DNA of 64,000 bases, taken from contig NC_045696.1 in NCBI RefSeq assembly GCF_009834535.1, forward strand, positions 20,772,001-20,836,000, in the 5' to 3' direction. A program made the translations under genes and the position numbers. How positions within the stretch are numbered: position 1 is the first letter of the stretch; every line of letters starts with the position of its first letter. This DNA is from Camelus ferus (lineage: Eukaryota). The notes below the pieces were generated by a model. It saw only the letters and a list, made by a program, of their open reading frames with translations, had not been told where the DNA came from and made no database searches. Shown piece by piece: positions 1 through 13,334 of the stretch.

Positions 1-327
1 ATGACACAATATTATAATAGGATAGCTGTCAGTAAGATCATAGCAGTTTATTTTAATGATGCTCAGTTTCTTCATCAGAAAAAAAATGTATTTGTGGGGA
101 GGGATGTTATACATATCTCACAGCTTATTCTTAAGATTTAAAGAGCATGTATTGAAATAGTGAGGGTCATAAAAAGTATGATGTGAATTTATCAGGTATT
201 ATTCCTTTGAGCTAGAGTATGTTTATGTTCACACATAAAGAATTCAAAGTCCATGTAACCAAAATGAAGTAATTTGATTGCATCTACTCCTATGATCTCA
301 GCTACCACAGTTAATGTTTCTCTTTGA

Positions 328-810
328 TTCATTTATTTATGTGAACGCATTTGATAGTGAGAACGCATTTGATAGGTGAGAATGCAGTGATGAGTGAAAA
401 CAGACACAGCTCTCTGCTCTTGAAAAGTTTGTAGATGTTGACCAAGAATTCAGCCAATAAATTAATAAGTAGTAGTTAACTATGTGAAACGAGTGGGAAG
501 AGAAGACATTTTTCTAAGCAGAGAAAAACAACATTGTAAACTGACTATACTGCAATTAAAAAAAAATATGAAAAGACTCTCTAACAGGAAAAAGAAAGGC
601 CCATTCAAGGAGCAGACGATGATGGTGACCATGACAGGAAGATGCAGAATCACTAATAGCACCAGCAGCCAGTGTGGCTGGAGCGAGCAGAGGGTAGCGT
701 TAAGTCCTAGAAGATTATAAGATAAAGCTGGAGGTGGTGGCCGATGCCAGAACATGTACCACTTCGCATTTATCAATAATATTTTTATCTTAACAGCAAT
801 GAGATAAAAA
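328..810 (-). mobile_element. L2 LINE 3' fragment (highly decayed)
   Basis: Begins 'attcatttattt...' then 'gatgagtgaaaacagacacagctctctgctcttgaaaagttt', resembling the reverse complement of the L2 3' end. A purine-rich body follows ('gtgtggctggagcgagcagaggg'). Confidence 0.5.
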
Positions 811-865
811 CTAGCAAATATGAATTAACAAACACAAGGGCAATATTCCATGAAGACAAGGAAGA

Positions 866-1090
866 TGTATTAGTTTCCTAGGGCTGCTACAATAAAGCAC
901 CACAAACTGTTCTTAGAACAACAGAAATGTATTATCTCACAGTTTGGAAGCCAAAAGTCTGAAATTAGAGTGTTGGCAGGGCTTTGCTCCCTTGGAAAGT
1001 TCTAGGGCAGGATCTGTTCCAGACCTGTCTCCGAAGTTCATAATTCCTTGGCTTGTGACAGGAGAGCTCTAGTCTTCACATGGTATTTTC

Positions 1091-1132
<42 letters not shown>

Positions 1133-1296
1133 CTAATTTTCCCCTTTTATAAGGACACCAGTCATACTGGATTAAGGCCCTCTCTAACAGCCTCATCTTA
1201 ACTAATTATATCTCCAAGGACCTCATTTCTAATTAAAATCACATTTTAAGATAACTGGAGTATATGAATTTGTGGGTGTACACAATTCAGCCCACA
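866..1296 (-). mobile_element. MaLR solo LTR, MLT1C-like
   Basis: Starts 'tgtattagtttcctagggctgct...cacaaactg', contains 'ttttataaggacaccagtcatactggattaaggccc' and ends 'acacaattcagcccaca'. This matches the reverse complement of the MLT1B/C termini. Confidence 0.85.
1093..1130. repeat. (TG)19 microsatellite inside the MLT1 LTR
   Basis: Perfect TG run read directly. Confidence 0.97.
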
Positions 1297-2237
1297 AAAG
1301 AGGCATCTTTTAATGGCGTAGAATTGATCATTGGTATCAAACAAAATTTTTTCTTTTTGTTTGTTAATGTATATTTTATTTATTTTACTATTTACTTTTA
1401 AACAGTATCTTACAACTTATATTCCCCCATATTTGGGGTCTTCTAAAATGTTGACATTTCTTTATAGACTAAGTAACTAGGTAAGTATACTTACATAAAC
1501 CATATAAAATTTATACTAGGGTAACTGCATATTCATCTTCCATAAATTATTAGCTTTAATTTGATAGATAGACGAGGATTGTATTGCCCTTTATCTGTTT
1601 TCTAGACGTAGAACATTTAAATTAAGATGACAGTCAAGGCTCACATGTATTCCCTGTATCTTTCATAAGAAACTAGCACTGTGCAGAAGTGCAAACAATA
1701 AAAGGTATTTTTAGAAAAGCAGCAGAATTTAGGAGGAAGTGAGGCATAAAACAGAGGTGACTTAAAATTTTGGAGGAGAGAAGCGAAATAGAATTGGAAG
1801 GATACAAGAAAAGACAGTAGAAGCATGAATGTGGTGGGACCTTCAAATATCTGATAAAAAACAGCAGAAGGACATAGAATTCAGGAAGCAAAAACAAAAC
1901 AACAGCAATTAAAAAGAAACTCTCAAATCACCATCATACTGTTGATTAATATTAGTAAAAAAAGTACTGAGAGTTTAATACATTCAAATAACAAATAGGA
2001 TATTCTGAGCAATGAAAATTAAAGAAAAAAGGATTCTATGTATGCATATGTATATGTATATATGACTGGTGAAAATAAACATTATATAGAACAACTGGTG
2101 TGTAAATATCCTGAGATGTTTCTAAATGAAGGGGTGAGAACAGAACATGTGACCGAAAAAAAAACTTGTGGAAGAAATACATAAAGGCACGTATATAAGT
2201 AGAATTCCGCAGAAGAAAACTAGAGAGTAGAGAGCAA

Positions 2238-2293
2238 TATATATTATATTATATTATATTATATTATATGTGTGTGTGTATATATATATATAT
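2238..2293. repeat. Compound (ATATT)n-(TG)n-(TA)n microsatellite
   Basis: Read directly. Confidence 0.9.
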
Positions 2294-2557
2294 AAAATAC
2301 CAACTCTAAGAGCTAAAATGTATCCTGAATCTTTAGATTAAAAAATGATCAAGTGACTAGGATAGTGTAAAAAAAAAAAAAAGATAAGAAAAATGAGGTT
2401 TTCTAATGCAATTATTTTGACTGTAAAATGCCAAAGATGAAATAAGGTAAATATTGAAAAATTACTTAAGCATCCTTTCAAAGATTCCTCTAGATTCCAC
2501 AGCATAGAGTACCTTGAAGCCCTTAAATAAAATATAATTTGTAGGAAATACAAATAA

Positions 2558-2611
2558 CAGAGTCTTTCTACCAGCAGAACCTTTATACTAACAGAACCTT
2601 TCTACCAGCAG
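2558..2611. repeat. 17-bp tandem repeat, ~3 copies
   Basis: cagagtctttctaccag / cagaacctttatactaa / cagaacctttctaccag. Confidence 0.8.
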
Positions 2612-3051
2612 TGTTAAGTGTGATTCTATATCACTCTGTAAATATGTCTTTATGCCCTTTCGGAGGTGCCAGCTGGAATTTGGGTAAGTGTAGTGTCTGT
2701 TACAGTTGGGAGAGAGATGTTTACGCACCAACAAAAATCATGTTGCTGCACAGATGACACTCTTCAGCTTGTCGTCCTTTCAGTATATGTCATTTAAAAT
2801 GTGTGAGTGGTGACATCAGTCACAGTAGTTGATTTTTTTTTTTTAGATTTTCACCATAAACATAAATTGGACAACTTGAGAAATACAGTAAATAAAGAAA
2901 CTAAGGAAGCTGAAGGAAAAAAAAAATGAGTGACAGAGAAAAAGATTTTAGCGTTCTTTAATTTAGGGAGAAATTTGCATAGCCCCAGGCTTCAGTTTAT
3001 ATTTACTATATGGATCCAGTCTGTAACCATTGCATTTGTCAAAAATGAAAG

Positions 3052-4280
3052 TTTATTTTATTTTAATTTTTTTAATTGAGATATATTAGATATACAGTAT
3101 TATATAAGTTTCAGGTGTGGAACATAGTGATTAAGAATTTTTAAACTTTATACTCCATTTATTGTTATTATAAAATGTTGGCTATATTCTATGTGCTGGA
3201 CAATATATCCTTATAGCTTATTTATTTTTTACACAGTAGTTTGTACCTTTTAATCCCCTACCCACCTCTTGCCCCTCTCTATTTCCCTCTCCCCACTGGT
3301 AACCACTAGTTTGTTCTCTGTTACTGTAAATGCTTCTTTTTTGTTATATTCACGTTTGTTTTATTTTTTAGATTCCACATATATGTGATACCATACAGTA
3401 TCTGTATTTCTCTCTCTGACTTGTTTTACTAAGTGCAATACCCTTCAAGTCCATCCGTGTTGTTGCAGATTGCAAAATTTCATTATTTTTTTATGGCTGA
3501 GTAGTACTCTGTCGTATATATACCACATTTTATTTATCCATTCATCTTTTGATGGGCATTAGGCTGCTTCCATATCTTGGCTATTATATATAGATAAGGC
3601 CACTGTGAATAGTGGGGTGCATGTATCTTTTCTGTCTCGTATTTTTGTTTTCTTCAGGCATATGCCCAGGAGCAGAATTGCTGGATCATATGGTAGTTCA
3701 GTTTTTACTGCATAAGGAACCTCCATACTGTTTTCCACATTGGCTACACAAATTTACATTCCCATCAGAAGTGTACTAGGGTTCCCTTTTCTCCATATCC
3801 TTACCTGCATTGGTTATTTGTGATCCTTTTGATGATTGCCTTTCTTACTGGTGTAAGGTGATATTGTGGTTTTGATTTGGATTTCTCTGACTATTAAAGA
3901 TGTTGAGCATCTTTTCATGTGCCTGTTATCCATCTGTATGTCTTCTTTGGAACAATGTCTATTTAGGTCTTCTTGCCATTTTTTTAATTGGGTTTATTTT
4001 TGGTGTTGAGTTATATGGGCTATTTATGTGCTTTAGGTATTAACCCATTATCAGGCATATCATTTGCAAATATTTTCTCCATTCAGTAGGCTGTTTTTTT
4101 ATTTTGTTGATTGTTTCCTTTGCTGTGTAAAAGCTTTTAAGTTTAATTAGGTCCCATTTGTTTATTTTGGCTTTTATTTCCTTTGCCTGAGGAAACAGAT
4201 CCAAAAAAATATTGCTCTGATTTATGTTTAAGAGTTTTCTGCCTATGTTTTCTTCTAAGAGGTTTATGGTTCAGACCTGC
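3052..4280 (-). mobile_element. 5'-truncated L1 (end of ORF2 + 3'UTR + A-tail), cetartiodactyl-type
   Basis: T-rich tail at ~3052-3075. 3'UTR motif 'ccctctccccactggtaaccactagtttgttctctg'. Antisense ORF2 motifs 'gaattgctggatcatatggtagttc', 'ggaacctccatactgttttccac' and 'gatgttgagcatcttttcatgtgcctgtt'. Confidence 0.93.
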
Positions 4281-5875
4281 ATTTGGGAGAACTGTTTTGT
4301 AAGTATCAAAGTTTACATTGCTGTGATAAACATAAATTATAATGGGAGTTATACAACCAGAAAATAGATTATTAGAAATAGAGTTATTAACTGTGTAACT
4401 TTTTATTTATTTCTTATGGATAGCAATATGTTGTGTCCAAGGCTAATTAACCTAGTTTATAAAAGCAAAAGTTACTTGCACTGTGTTTTATAAATGAACA
4501 CATGGATCTTCTATCACTTCCTTATATGCCCCTCCAAAGGTACAGTGAGTTTAATATAACAATGAGCTTAAAGACATATGAGATGTAAGATATTGTTTAT
4601 TTAATTCATTTGAAGCTTTCTGCTACATAACGTAGTGTTAATTTTACATGCGTTCTTGTCCAGTGTATAATGTTGATCATAATTGACAATATTTATTAAA
4701 AAAACTAAATATATTTCCAAAAATATATTAAAAATCAATCACTGAATAGGAGAGATTCATGAAATATATTATTTTAAAATATCTTTAATCTTCATGATTT
4801 CAAAGTGAATTTTATTTTGATATAAAATGCTTGAAACAAAATTTATTTCTAAGAGTTGAGAATATATTAGAATTTCTAGATTCAATCCAGTTGTGGTCAA
4901 CCTCTTTCTGTGGTAAACAGGAAAAAACAACTTTTCTTTTTCTTATTATGTGAGAACATTGTCATAGGATGGAAAAAAATATAAAAGCCAAGCAAAGTAT
5001 TAAGAAATTCAAAGTTTGACTAATTTTGTTTATTCAAAAATGCTGCCATTTATTACAAAATAAAACAGAAATTTACTTAACCAGAAGTCACAGTGGGTCA
5101 ACCAAATGGGTCAAAATATCAAAAATGGATATAAATATGTATTTAACAGTAAAAATAAACATTTTAAATATAAAATATATAGAAAAGAGAATAATGGAAA
5201 CATTTGTTACTTAGTCTAAGTGTAACTTGGTATAACTGGTCTAATTTATTACAAATAAACTGTTAGTGACTTTGAAGAAGAAAAAAATCTATATATGTCT
5301 AGTGTATAACAGTTACACAAATACGTGCTAAAATGGGTTACTTCTTTAGGACATGTCTTTTTACTAACTAACCTACCGAAGTTTTGTTCTTACTGCTTAG
5401 TTTGATGGTGTTTTTGTTGTTGTTGTTGTTGTTTTTACTGTTCAACTATGTAAATAGCTCATATCAGATATATCACCATGCATTATTAAAGACTTGATTA
5501 TAGTTTCTTAGATTAGATTTTCAGAAAAGTGAACGCTTTTTAACCCCAAGAGTCAGATTAAAATATAATTAGCAATAGTTTGTTTATGTTGAATTCAGAT
5601 CAGTTGAATAGCAATAAAATAGTTACCAATGTTTAGGACTAATGTTTATTGAGAACATTTAATCTTCACAAAATCCTTTAAAGTACAAAATATATTTTAT
5701 ATATTGTTGGTAAGCAAAATATTTATATTAATATAATTAATTAAGATTGAACTCCACAGCTATATAAGTAAACCATAAGTTTGGAATGTATATATACAGC
5801 TCACATGAAATTAATTTTATATGTTAGACACACTGAAATCTAAGACAATTCAACCAATGAGTTAAAGATCATATT

Positions 5876-6031
5876 GGCAGGGAAGATAGGTTCAAGTGGT
5901 AGAGAGCATACTTAGCATACACAAGGTCCTGGGTTCAATCCCCAGTACCTCCTCCAAAAATAAATAAACCTAATTACCTCCCTCTTCTCCAAAAATTAAA
6001 TAATAAAAATAAAAAATAAAATAAATTTAAA
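5876..6031 (+). mobile_element. tRNA-derived SINE, Vic-1-type (camelid)
   Basis: A-box-like 'ttcaagtggtagag', B-box 'gggttcaatccc', tail motif 'aaacctaattacctccc' and an A-rich tail. Target-site duplication aaagatcatat at 5864-5874 and 6032-6042. Confidence 0.92.
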
Positions 6032-6559
6032 AAAGATCATATGAATGCCCGTTTTTCCCAATACCCCGATTTAAATAACAATGCCAAATGACTTAAGTAA
6101 GAATAGCGTAACAGTAAAGAGGTTATAAGGGTTTGGGAGAGAATGACCCTTCAACATTGATAAATGAGTTTAATTATATTCATGAATATAAAATATTGAT
6201 AAATATTGTTTAAATATAAGCAGAACAGAAGCAGCTACAGCTTAGATAACACTAAAAGGAAATGTGATATCACTGTCCAGGTTGAAATACCAGAGGCGAC
6301 TCGCAGTAATTTGGCAGGTAAGGTTGATGGGTGGTCTATAAATGTAAAGATTAAAACATCAAGTGAGGAATTTAACTCCAGGGGAATCAAAAAGGTATAA
6401 GGCAATTCTCTAGAGAAATTATACAAGCTTCAAAGGAGAGCAAAGGTTTTTATGATATCTGTGGGTCATTCATGGTAAACATTTATGAAATACAGTGTAT
6501 GGGGGAGGTGGCACCAGTTAGATTTTTTTTTTTAAGATGCCCTTAAGGAAACAGACTTT

Positions 6560-8100
6560 TATAGACTAAAGCAGAAGAAAGACACTTTACTATTTTAAAG
6601 TAAATAATCTAGTACTCCATTCCTAAATATGAAAGGACAACCAACCAGACAAAATTGAAGACAGGAAGATAGAAGGATAGGTAAGCAGCTAAACAAAGAA
6701 CAAATTAAAATAAAGACTGGTTATAGATATGGAAAAATATAATTTATAGATAAAAATACATGAGAAAAGCTTCCTAAGAGAGAGATTAAACTATATATAA
6801 GGGATATGCTGTATACTCTTTAGTATATAGATATATAATAATATAAGAAATAGAGAAATATAGGATAAAAGGATATTACAAAAAAAATTAGATGAATGTA
6901 GAGTTAATTAAAATAAAAACTATGATTGACAAGAAAACCAAAGATTCAAAAGGACAGAAAACTATATTCAGGTAAACTCTCATAAAATTAGAAGCAAAGA
7001 TTAAAATAAGGAAATATGTGAGAAATGATAAGAGATAGAGATTGCTCTGAAAGTACAGTACCTGAAAATAAGAATCTAAGAACTTTTAAGAACAGAAATT
7101 GTCAACCAAATAATAAAATAACATCTCAAAGAACACTTGAAGAATAGCTTTCTTTCTGAGACAAAGGGTCCACTGAGTACTCTGTCAGATAATCTGACCC
7201 TGGAAACATGCTATGGAATCTCACATCTAGAAAAATGAAGAGAGCCCAAGTGATTCATATCACTTGCAAGGAAATACCTGTCATTTTGGCATCAATCTTG
7301 TATCCGCAAGTCCTTTTGCTAGAAAGCAGTGGAACGACCCTTCAGACTTTGAGACAGAAATGGTCTCCATGTAGATTTATTAAAATCTATGAAAATGAAA
7401 TAAATAAGTCAAAGACATCAAGGGAAATTATCTGAGAAACAGGAGATAGTGGCTTCCATGTCAAAAACAGTGAAGAGGGTGATTCCAGAGCAGTAGCTTC
7501 AATTCAGCCCTGGCGAGTAAATAGTTCAGTTTAGAGGCAGAAGACAGAGGACACTAGGAGAGATGTCTATAGGAAGGAAATCAGGATACTGCTAAACATA
7601 TGCTACATTACCTATAAATCCGTGTAAGTGTGAAAATAGGGCAAATCATTTTTTTTTAAACAACAAAGTTAATTTAGAAACATCACCTACGCCCACACAG
7701 ATGCACCGACACATACAGACAGAATGGCATAAAAGAAAATGTTAATCCATATTCAAAGCAAACAAAAATATGGCAGGATTTTCAGAGTGAAGTGTGTTAG
7801 ATAAAAAAAGAAGAAGGAAAAAATATCAAGGTAACCTTTAAACTGTGAACATTCTGTCAGAGTCCCAGAATTCATGCTATTTTATCAATAATAAAGAAAA
7901 TGGACTTAATAATTTGATCCTTCCATAAAGAATATTTACATAATTAATATTAGAGGAGTACATTGGCTTCAAATTTACAACAAATAAAGACAAAGCACTG
8001 TGGCCTTTTATAGATACAGAACCATAATTAACAGATTTGAAAATGTTAAAAAACATAAAACAAAGATAAAGATAGTGGTAAGAAATAAAATAGATAATGA
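6560..8100 (+). mobile_element. HAL1/L1ME-like ORF1 remnant and downstream region
   Basis: A-rich. At ~7275-7360 'ttggcatcaatcttg...gctagaaagcagtggaacgacccttcagactttgaga' resembles the ORF1 C-terminal motif (LASDFS..L.ARRQW..FK.LRE). Confidence 0.55.
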
Positions 8101-8189
8101 AATAAAGATATTTCACTCCTGCACCATGTGATTTTACATTCTGTAGATTTTTAGTATTTTTTATGTTTGGTTATGATCAACCTCAATCA

Positions 8190-9100
8190 GTGTTTTTATT
8201 CTTGAAAACCTTTTTTGGCTATTCTCTTGGTTTTGTTACTTCAGATGATTGTTACAGTAATTTTGTTAGGTTACTACAAATGAACGGTCACATTGGTATT
8301 TCGGTTGAAATTGTCTGAATTACGATAGATTATTTGGCAATACCACTCATTGTATACCACTGTATCCGCTTATCTAATTTTTTTTTCCATAAGTAAATTT
8401 TTATAATACTCTTCAAATGACTCCTGCACATTTACTATAACTACTCATAAGGTAAAGTTTTCTGCATATATGTAAAAGATTGTGTGTGTGTGTACATATA
8501 TGTATATATAACTTGCCTGATCACCTTATTGAACATAATTTCTAGAACTAATTGCCTACAGTTGCATTTCTTATATTTTGTAAATAGATAGTCATAGAAT
8601 TTATACAAACAAAACCCTGACACTTCCATTCAATTATGTGTATTTGTGTTGCTTGTCTTTTGCCACTGGCTCAAATTTCCAGAGTATTATTCATTAATCT
8701 TATCCATGCTTTTGAACTGAATTTCATCCTAACATTTCATTGTGAATATCTTGCCATAAATAAAATAGATACTTTATAGAATATATTTGTATGATTTTAT
8801 GTAAAATAATTTAACACATATATATTTAATTTTTTAGTTTTGCAATATGATTTTATTTAGCTTATTAGTTTGATTAAATTATAGATTTTTTAAATTAATT
8901 CTTATATTTGTATCATAATGATTATGACATGGAAAATAAATATTTACTTTGCTACCTTCAGATTTCTAATGTTTTGTTTAGAATTTTGTGTTAACATTTA
9001 TTAATGTGATTGATTTGCAAAGTTTTTTACTTTTAAGTAATTTTGGTATTAGTCATACATGATTTATAATATATTTTTTTAAATATTTATTCTTTTCTAT
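8190..9100 (-). mobile_element. Old L1M ORF2 fragment
   Basis: 'tttttggctattctctt...attggtatttcggttgaaattgtctgaattacgatagattatttgg' resembles antisense L1 ORF2. T-rich body. Confidence 0.55.
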
Positions 9101-12100
9101 ACTCTAGAATATTGTCATCTGCATTGAATTTTCTGCATCTTTCAGAGCTGCAGACTTTGAATCAAATGTAGCTTGTATATAAGGGCTAGTCTGGTATATA
9201 GAGATCATTAGAAGACACTGGGTACTGGAGATGAGAATGGGATCTTGACTGACAAGACACAGGCTGGGATCCTGGAGGAATTTAAGTACCAGTGGTTCGT
9301 AAGTCAGCACACTGCCAAGAGCTTTGTAAAGTCAGTTGAAAGGAGGGCAGGATCTGAAACTAAAAGATAATTTATGAAGAAATGAAAGCAGACAATATCA
9401 TGGGTGAAATGTAAATATTAAAAAATAGTAAATATCTATTATTTTAGTGGGTGAAGCTCCCAAGCACACAGCTAACCATGTAAGGATTCAGTCAGGAAAG
9501 CTTCCTCCTGGGAAAATAATAGAAGCCAAGGCTAAATGTGGTCCAGTAATTCTGGCCAGTGAGTTAGTGCCCTGTGGCTGACAGTGTGGGGAGAGAATGC
9601 CAGCACACCCTCAGACAACTTTCGAAGAGTCAAAGGCCTCCAGACAACAAAGTGGGCCTTTTGAAAATATGCCTCATGACCATATTCCTTAAAGTATGCA
9701 AGATAATAAGGGTCATTCTTATGTAACTAGATGATTTCTGTGGTTTCTCATTCTAATTTTATATTTTTAATTATCAGTCTGTATAAATAGAGATTAACTT
9801 TTACCAGGCTTGGACGACTAATTGTTTAAATAAAATTTAAAAAATGAAAAAGTAAACAAAGTTCTAAGACAAACAAACATGAAGTACTAAAAGATGATAG
9901 TATTTTTAAAAATCAGATAATTTTCTTCTTTCACCCAACTACAATTGCACATAGAAGCAGGTTAGCAACACTGTTACTTAATGGTTGCAGTATTAAAATA
10001 TTAAGCAGAAATAAAAATTAAAACAGTGAGTCTGTATTCATTTTATTTTGACAAGTACTGATGCGGGCAATACCTTTAAGTTATAACATGTTATTATTTC
10101 ATCTTATTTTAAAATAGAATTGAGCATTTTGGTTTTTCCTGTCTGGCTCTAAAGTGTCTTTCCTTGTTTTAGCCAAATATTGAAACTTCCTTTATGATAC
10201 ATTGAATGTAAATCAAAATAGCTTATTTTTAAAACTGAAAAGACCTTAACTAATCATAGTTACGTATCAAAAATATTTCTTCATAAGAATATTCAAATAA
10301 AAATTTTAACACAGATAAGGCCCAAATGATGAATTGCAAGTTTAGTAAGACTTTTTAAAAGTATCTATTAATAAATGAAGTGGGAAATTTTTATTTAGAA
10401 ATGAAAAAAAAACATAATATTGCTAATACAATTATAAGTCATTTTTTCAATTGTCAAAGAAAAGGTATGGACTTACAATTCTTCATTTATCTTAAAAGAC
10501 TCAGTGGCAAATGTTAAAAATCGATCTTGTCAGACTCTAATTTTAATAGTTCAAAATAACTCATATGTTTACATATTTACTGTTGATTAAGGAGTGGTGT
10601 GAGAAAAATAAAATGTATCAAGGCCCCAGATTCCCAAATAAAATTATTATTTTTTAAAGTTCTATAAATTTAACTAACTAACTAACAAATAATAGTAAGA
10701 GGCTGAAAATATCAGTGTATGGATGTTCATAGCTTTCTCCTGAACAGAGCATTTGGACGTCACAACTGAGCTTTTTTTTTTTTTTTTTTAATCACTTCTC
10801 TTTATGGAGAAAGAACTGATGACAATCAATTCGTAGTGAGAATTTCGAACAAGCAGTCAGAGAAGAAATCCTGTATTTCCAGGGGTAGCTGTATCAGAGA
10901 AATAGGCAGGAGAGAGAAAGGCTCCCAGAAGTTTCAGAGTACCAAAGTAAAGGGAAAAAAAAAAAAAAATCCACAAGACTCTCAGTAGAACATATATGTC
11001 TATATAACCCTTTAAATTTTTCAAACAAAACATTAATGACTGAAATTTTTGTTGTAGCCACATTTACTTTAAGGAATCATAGAAATTGAATTCACTCTAT
11101 ATTTAATTGCAAAATATATTGCTAAGATCATAACAGATATATCAATATCTCCATCATACAGTTGTCTGATAATTTGCCAAAATAAATCCTAAAATTGTAC
11201 ATTATCAGTGGTTGATAGAAACCCCAAACTTTTATTAAAACTTTTATGATGTATTTATAATTTTCAGTTAATAGCTTTTCATCATCCTTGATGAACACTA
11301 ATTCATACAAAGTCTATAAGGTCAGATACTTTGAGCCTTTTTCTTTATGGTCTGACAAAGCCAGAGTTTAATCTCTTCTTTTTATAGTGCATAAATTTAG
11401 TGATGAAAATGGAGAAACTACATACTGTTAGAGATCATCTTGATGCCTAATTCCTATTTTATGAAAGCACAGAACCTAAAAAATTAGATCAGGTATAGGA
11501 AAAAAAATATTGCAGGTATATATTATTGACATTAATAAAAATGTTAATAACCAATAACAATGATTCATTATATATAACTGTCAGTTATTCAGAAAGTATT
11601 TGCATAATGAAAACAAAACATCTACTTGACACTTTGCCCAATTCTACTTTAAAATAAGATGAAACACCAAGGGTCTACTTGAAGACAGATGAGACAGGTT
11701 TTTGTTTTTTAACAAATCAGTGTGTGACTTTTGACAAGGCACTTAACCTATGTTGTTAAGATAACCTTTTGTGTGAAATACCTGATGATTGGTATTAGTT
11801 ACCACTGTATCTTCCAGTGACTTTTGATGATTAACTAGCCACATTAGTACACGTATACACTTAAGATAGTAGATAATAATGAGAGGTTTTTATGTCCTGT
11901 TTATTATAGCAAGCTGTTCAGACTACTGTTAGTAGTAACATTGAGTAATTTATTTTAAAAATTTGTTCTAGAAAAAAAAAAGAATATTTTGGTGAATAAG
12001 TAAAATTATTTCCTGGCTTTTTTTCCCATTTGTTTCCCCATCTGAGACAAATGAGCTTAAATGACAAAAGAACAGAAATACAGTTGATTTTGTTGTATTA

Positions 12101-12518
12101 GAATTTTGGCTCGGTGCATTTGATAATTCAGTCAGACCCTTCTGTCAGTATCAATTTGTTAGAGCATTTGATATTCTAGGAACAGTAAGGATTTTGCCAT
12201 AATAATCCACAAACTAGGAATAAGGATTCAATGCATTAGTTCCAAGGAAAAATGTTCCAAAAAAAAACTTTAGATTGATAGGTATTTTTCCATTTTACTT
12301 CTCCAATTTTGTAAGAAAAAAGAATCACATTTTAAATTTCATTATACAGAAGTCAGCAATAAGTAGTACTCATCCTTTTTTTAATCCACTTGTACATCTG
12401 TTTTGTATCAAGATTTTATACATGCTTAGACTCTGTTCTATTCTTTTAACATTTATGTATCTTGTTTACAATACATCATTTCCTGATTATCATAATTTTG
12501 CTGCATATTATGCTGCTG

Positions 12519-13004
12519 TAATGCATATTGCTGCATTGTAAATTATACCCAAAGTTAAAAACTAATAACAACAAACATTATCTCACACTTTCTTAGGGTC
12601 AGCAGTCGAAACATGACTTCATCTTGCACCTGTTGGTCAAGGTCGCTCATGAGGTTGAAATTCCAAGTACTGACTGGGCAACAGTGTCATCTGACTGCTC
12701 AGCTTGGCAGGAATCTATGCCCAAACTTGGTTGGCCTTGGACACCTCACCACCTGGGGCTCCCCACAGGGCTGCCTCATGACATGGCAGCTGCATTTTCA
12801 TCTCACAAAGCAGTTTGAGAAAGAGTGAAAGAGCATTCACCTAAGACAAAAGCCACAGTCTTTCTATTACCTCATCTCTAAATTGGCGTCACATACCCAC
12901 TGTACACTATAAATTCAGGAGACACCTTGTAGGAATGGATTATGCAGGGTTAGAAGACCAAGAAGTAGAAATCACTGAACTCCATCTCAGGCTGCACACC
13001 ACAC
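12519..13004 (-). mobile_element. MaLR solo LTR, MLT1F/G/H-like, inserted in an antisense L1M ORF2 fragment (~12370-12500 and ~13020-13330)
   Basis: 'attgctgcattgtaaattatacccaaagtt', 'gggctgcctcatgacatggcagctg', end 'ggctgcacaccaca'. The flanks read as antisense L1 ('attgctattttgatttaaattgcattgaatatataa'). Confidence 0.75.
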
Positions 13005-13334
13005 AGCGTGTTTATAATGAGAATGTCTGTGTGATAGGGCTAGTGCCACCGACATATCCTTATTCCAGAGTATTGTGACTTTCCTTGGGACTTTATTATT
13101 CTAACAGGCTTTCTGAGTTTCCAACAACAACAAAAATTTTTATTGCTATTTTGATTTAAATTGCATTGAATATATAACCTATTTGGAGAGACTGTAAGTT
13201 TGTAATGTTGATCATTCATATCTGTGAAAATGGAGTAAATGCTGTTGATTTATTTATCCTTTGAGGTCTTACCGTAAAGTTTAAAATTTTCCTCTTTGAA
13301 GTTTCTATATTGTGTTAGATTCATTAATTGATTG

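Noticed and set aside
343..375. Direct repeat gaacgcatttgatag x2 (also the 17-, 31- and 42-bp repeats) as a CRISPR-like array
   Set aside because: Only 2-3 adjacent copies with no unique spacers, in eukaryotic DNA. These are ordinary slippage duplications.
1650..2560. Possible HAL1/L1M ORF1 remnant
   Set aside because: A-rich and suggestive, but no motif was clear enough to call by eye. Several small MIR/L2 scraps (~11.7, 33.3, 45.4, 46.3, 55.1, 60.0 kb) were omitted for the same reason.
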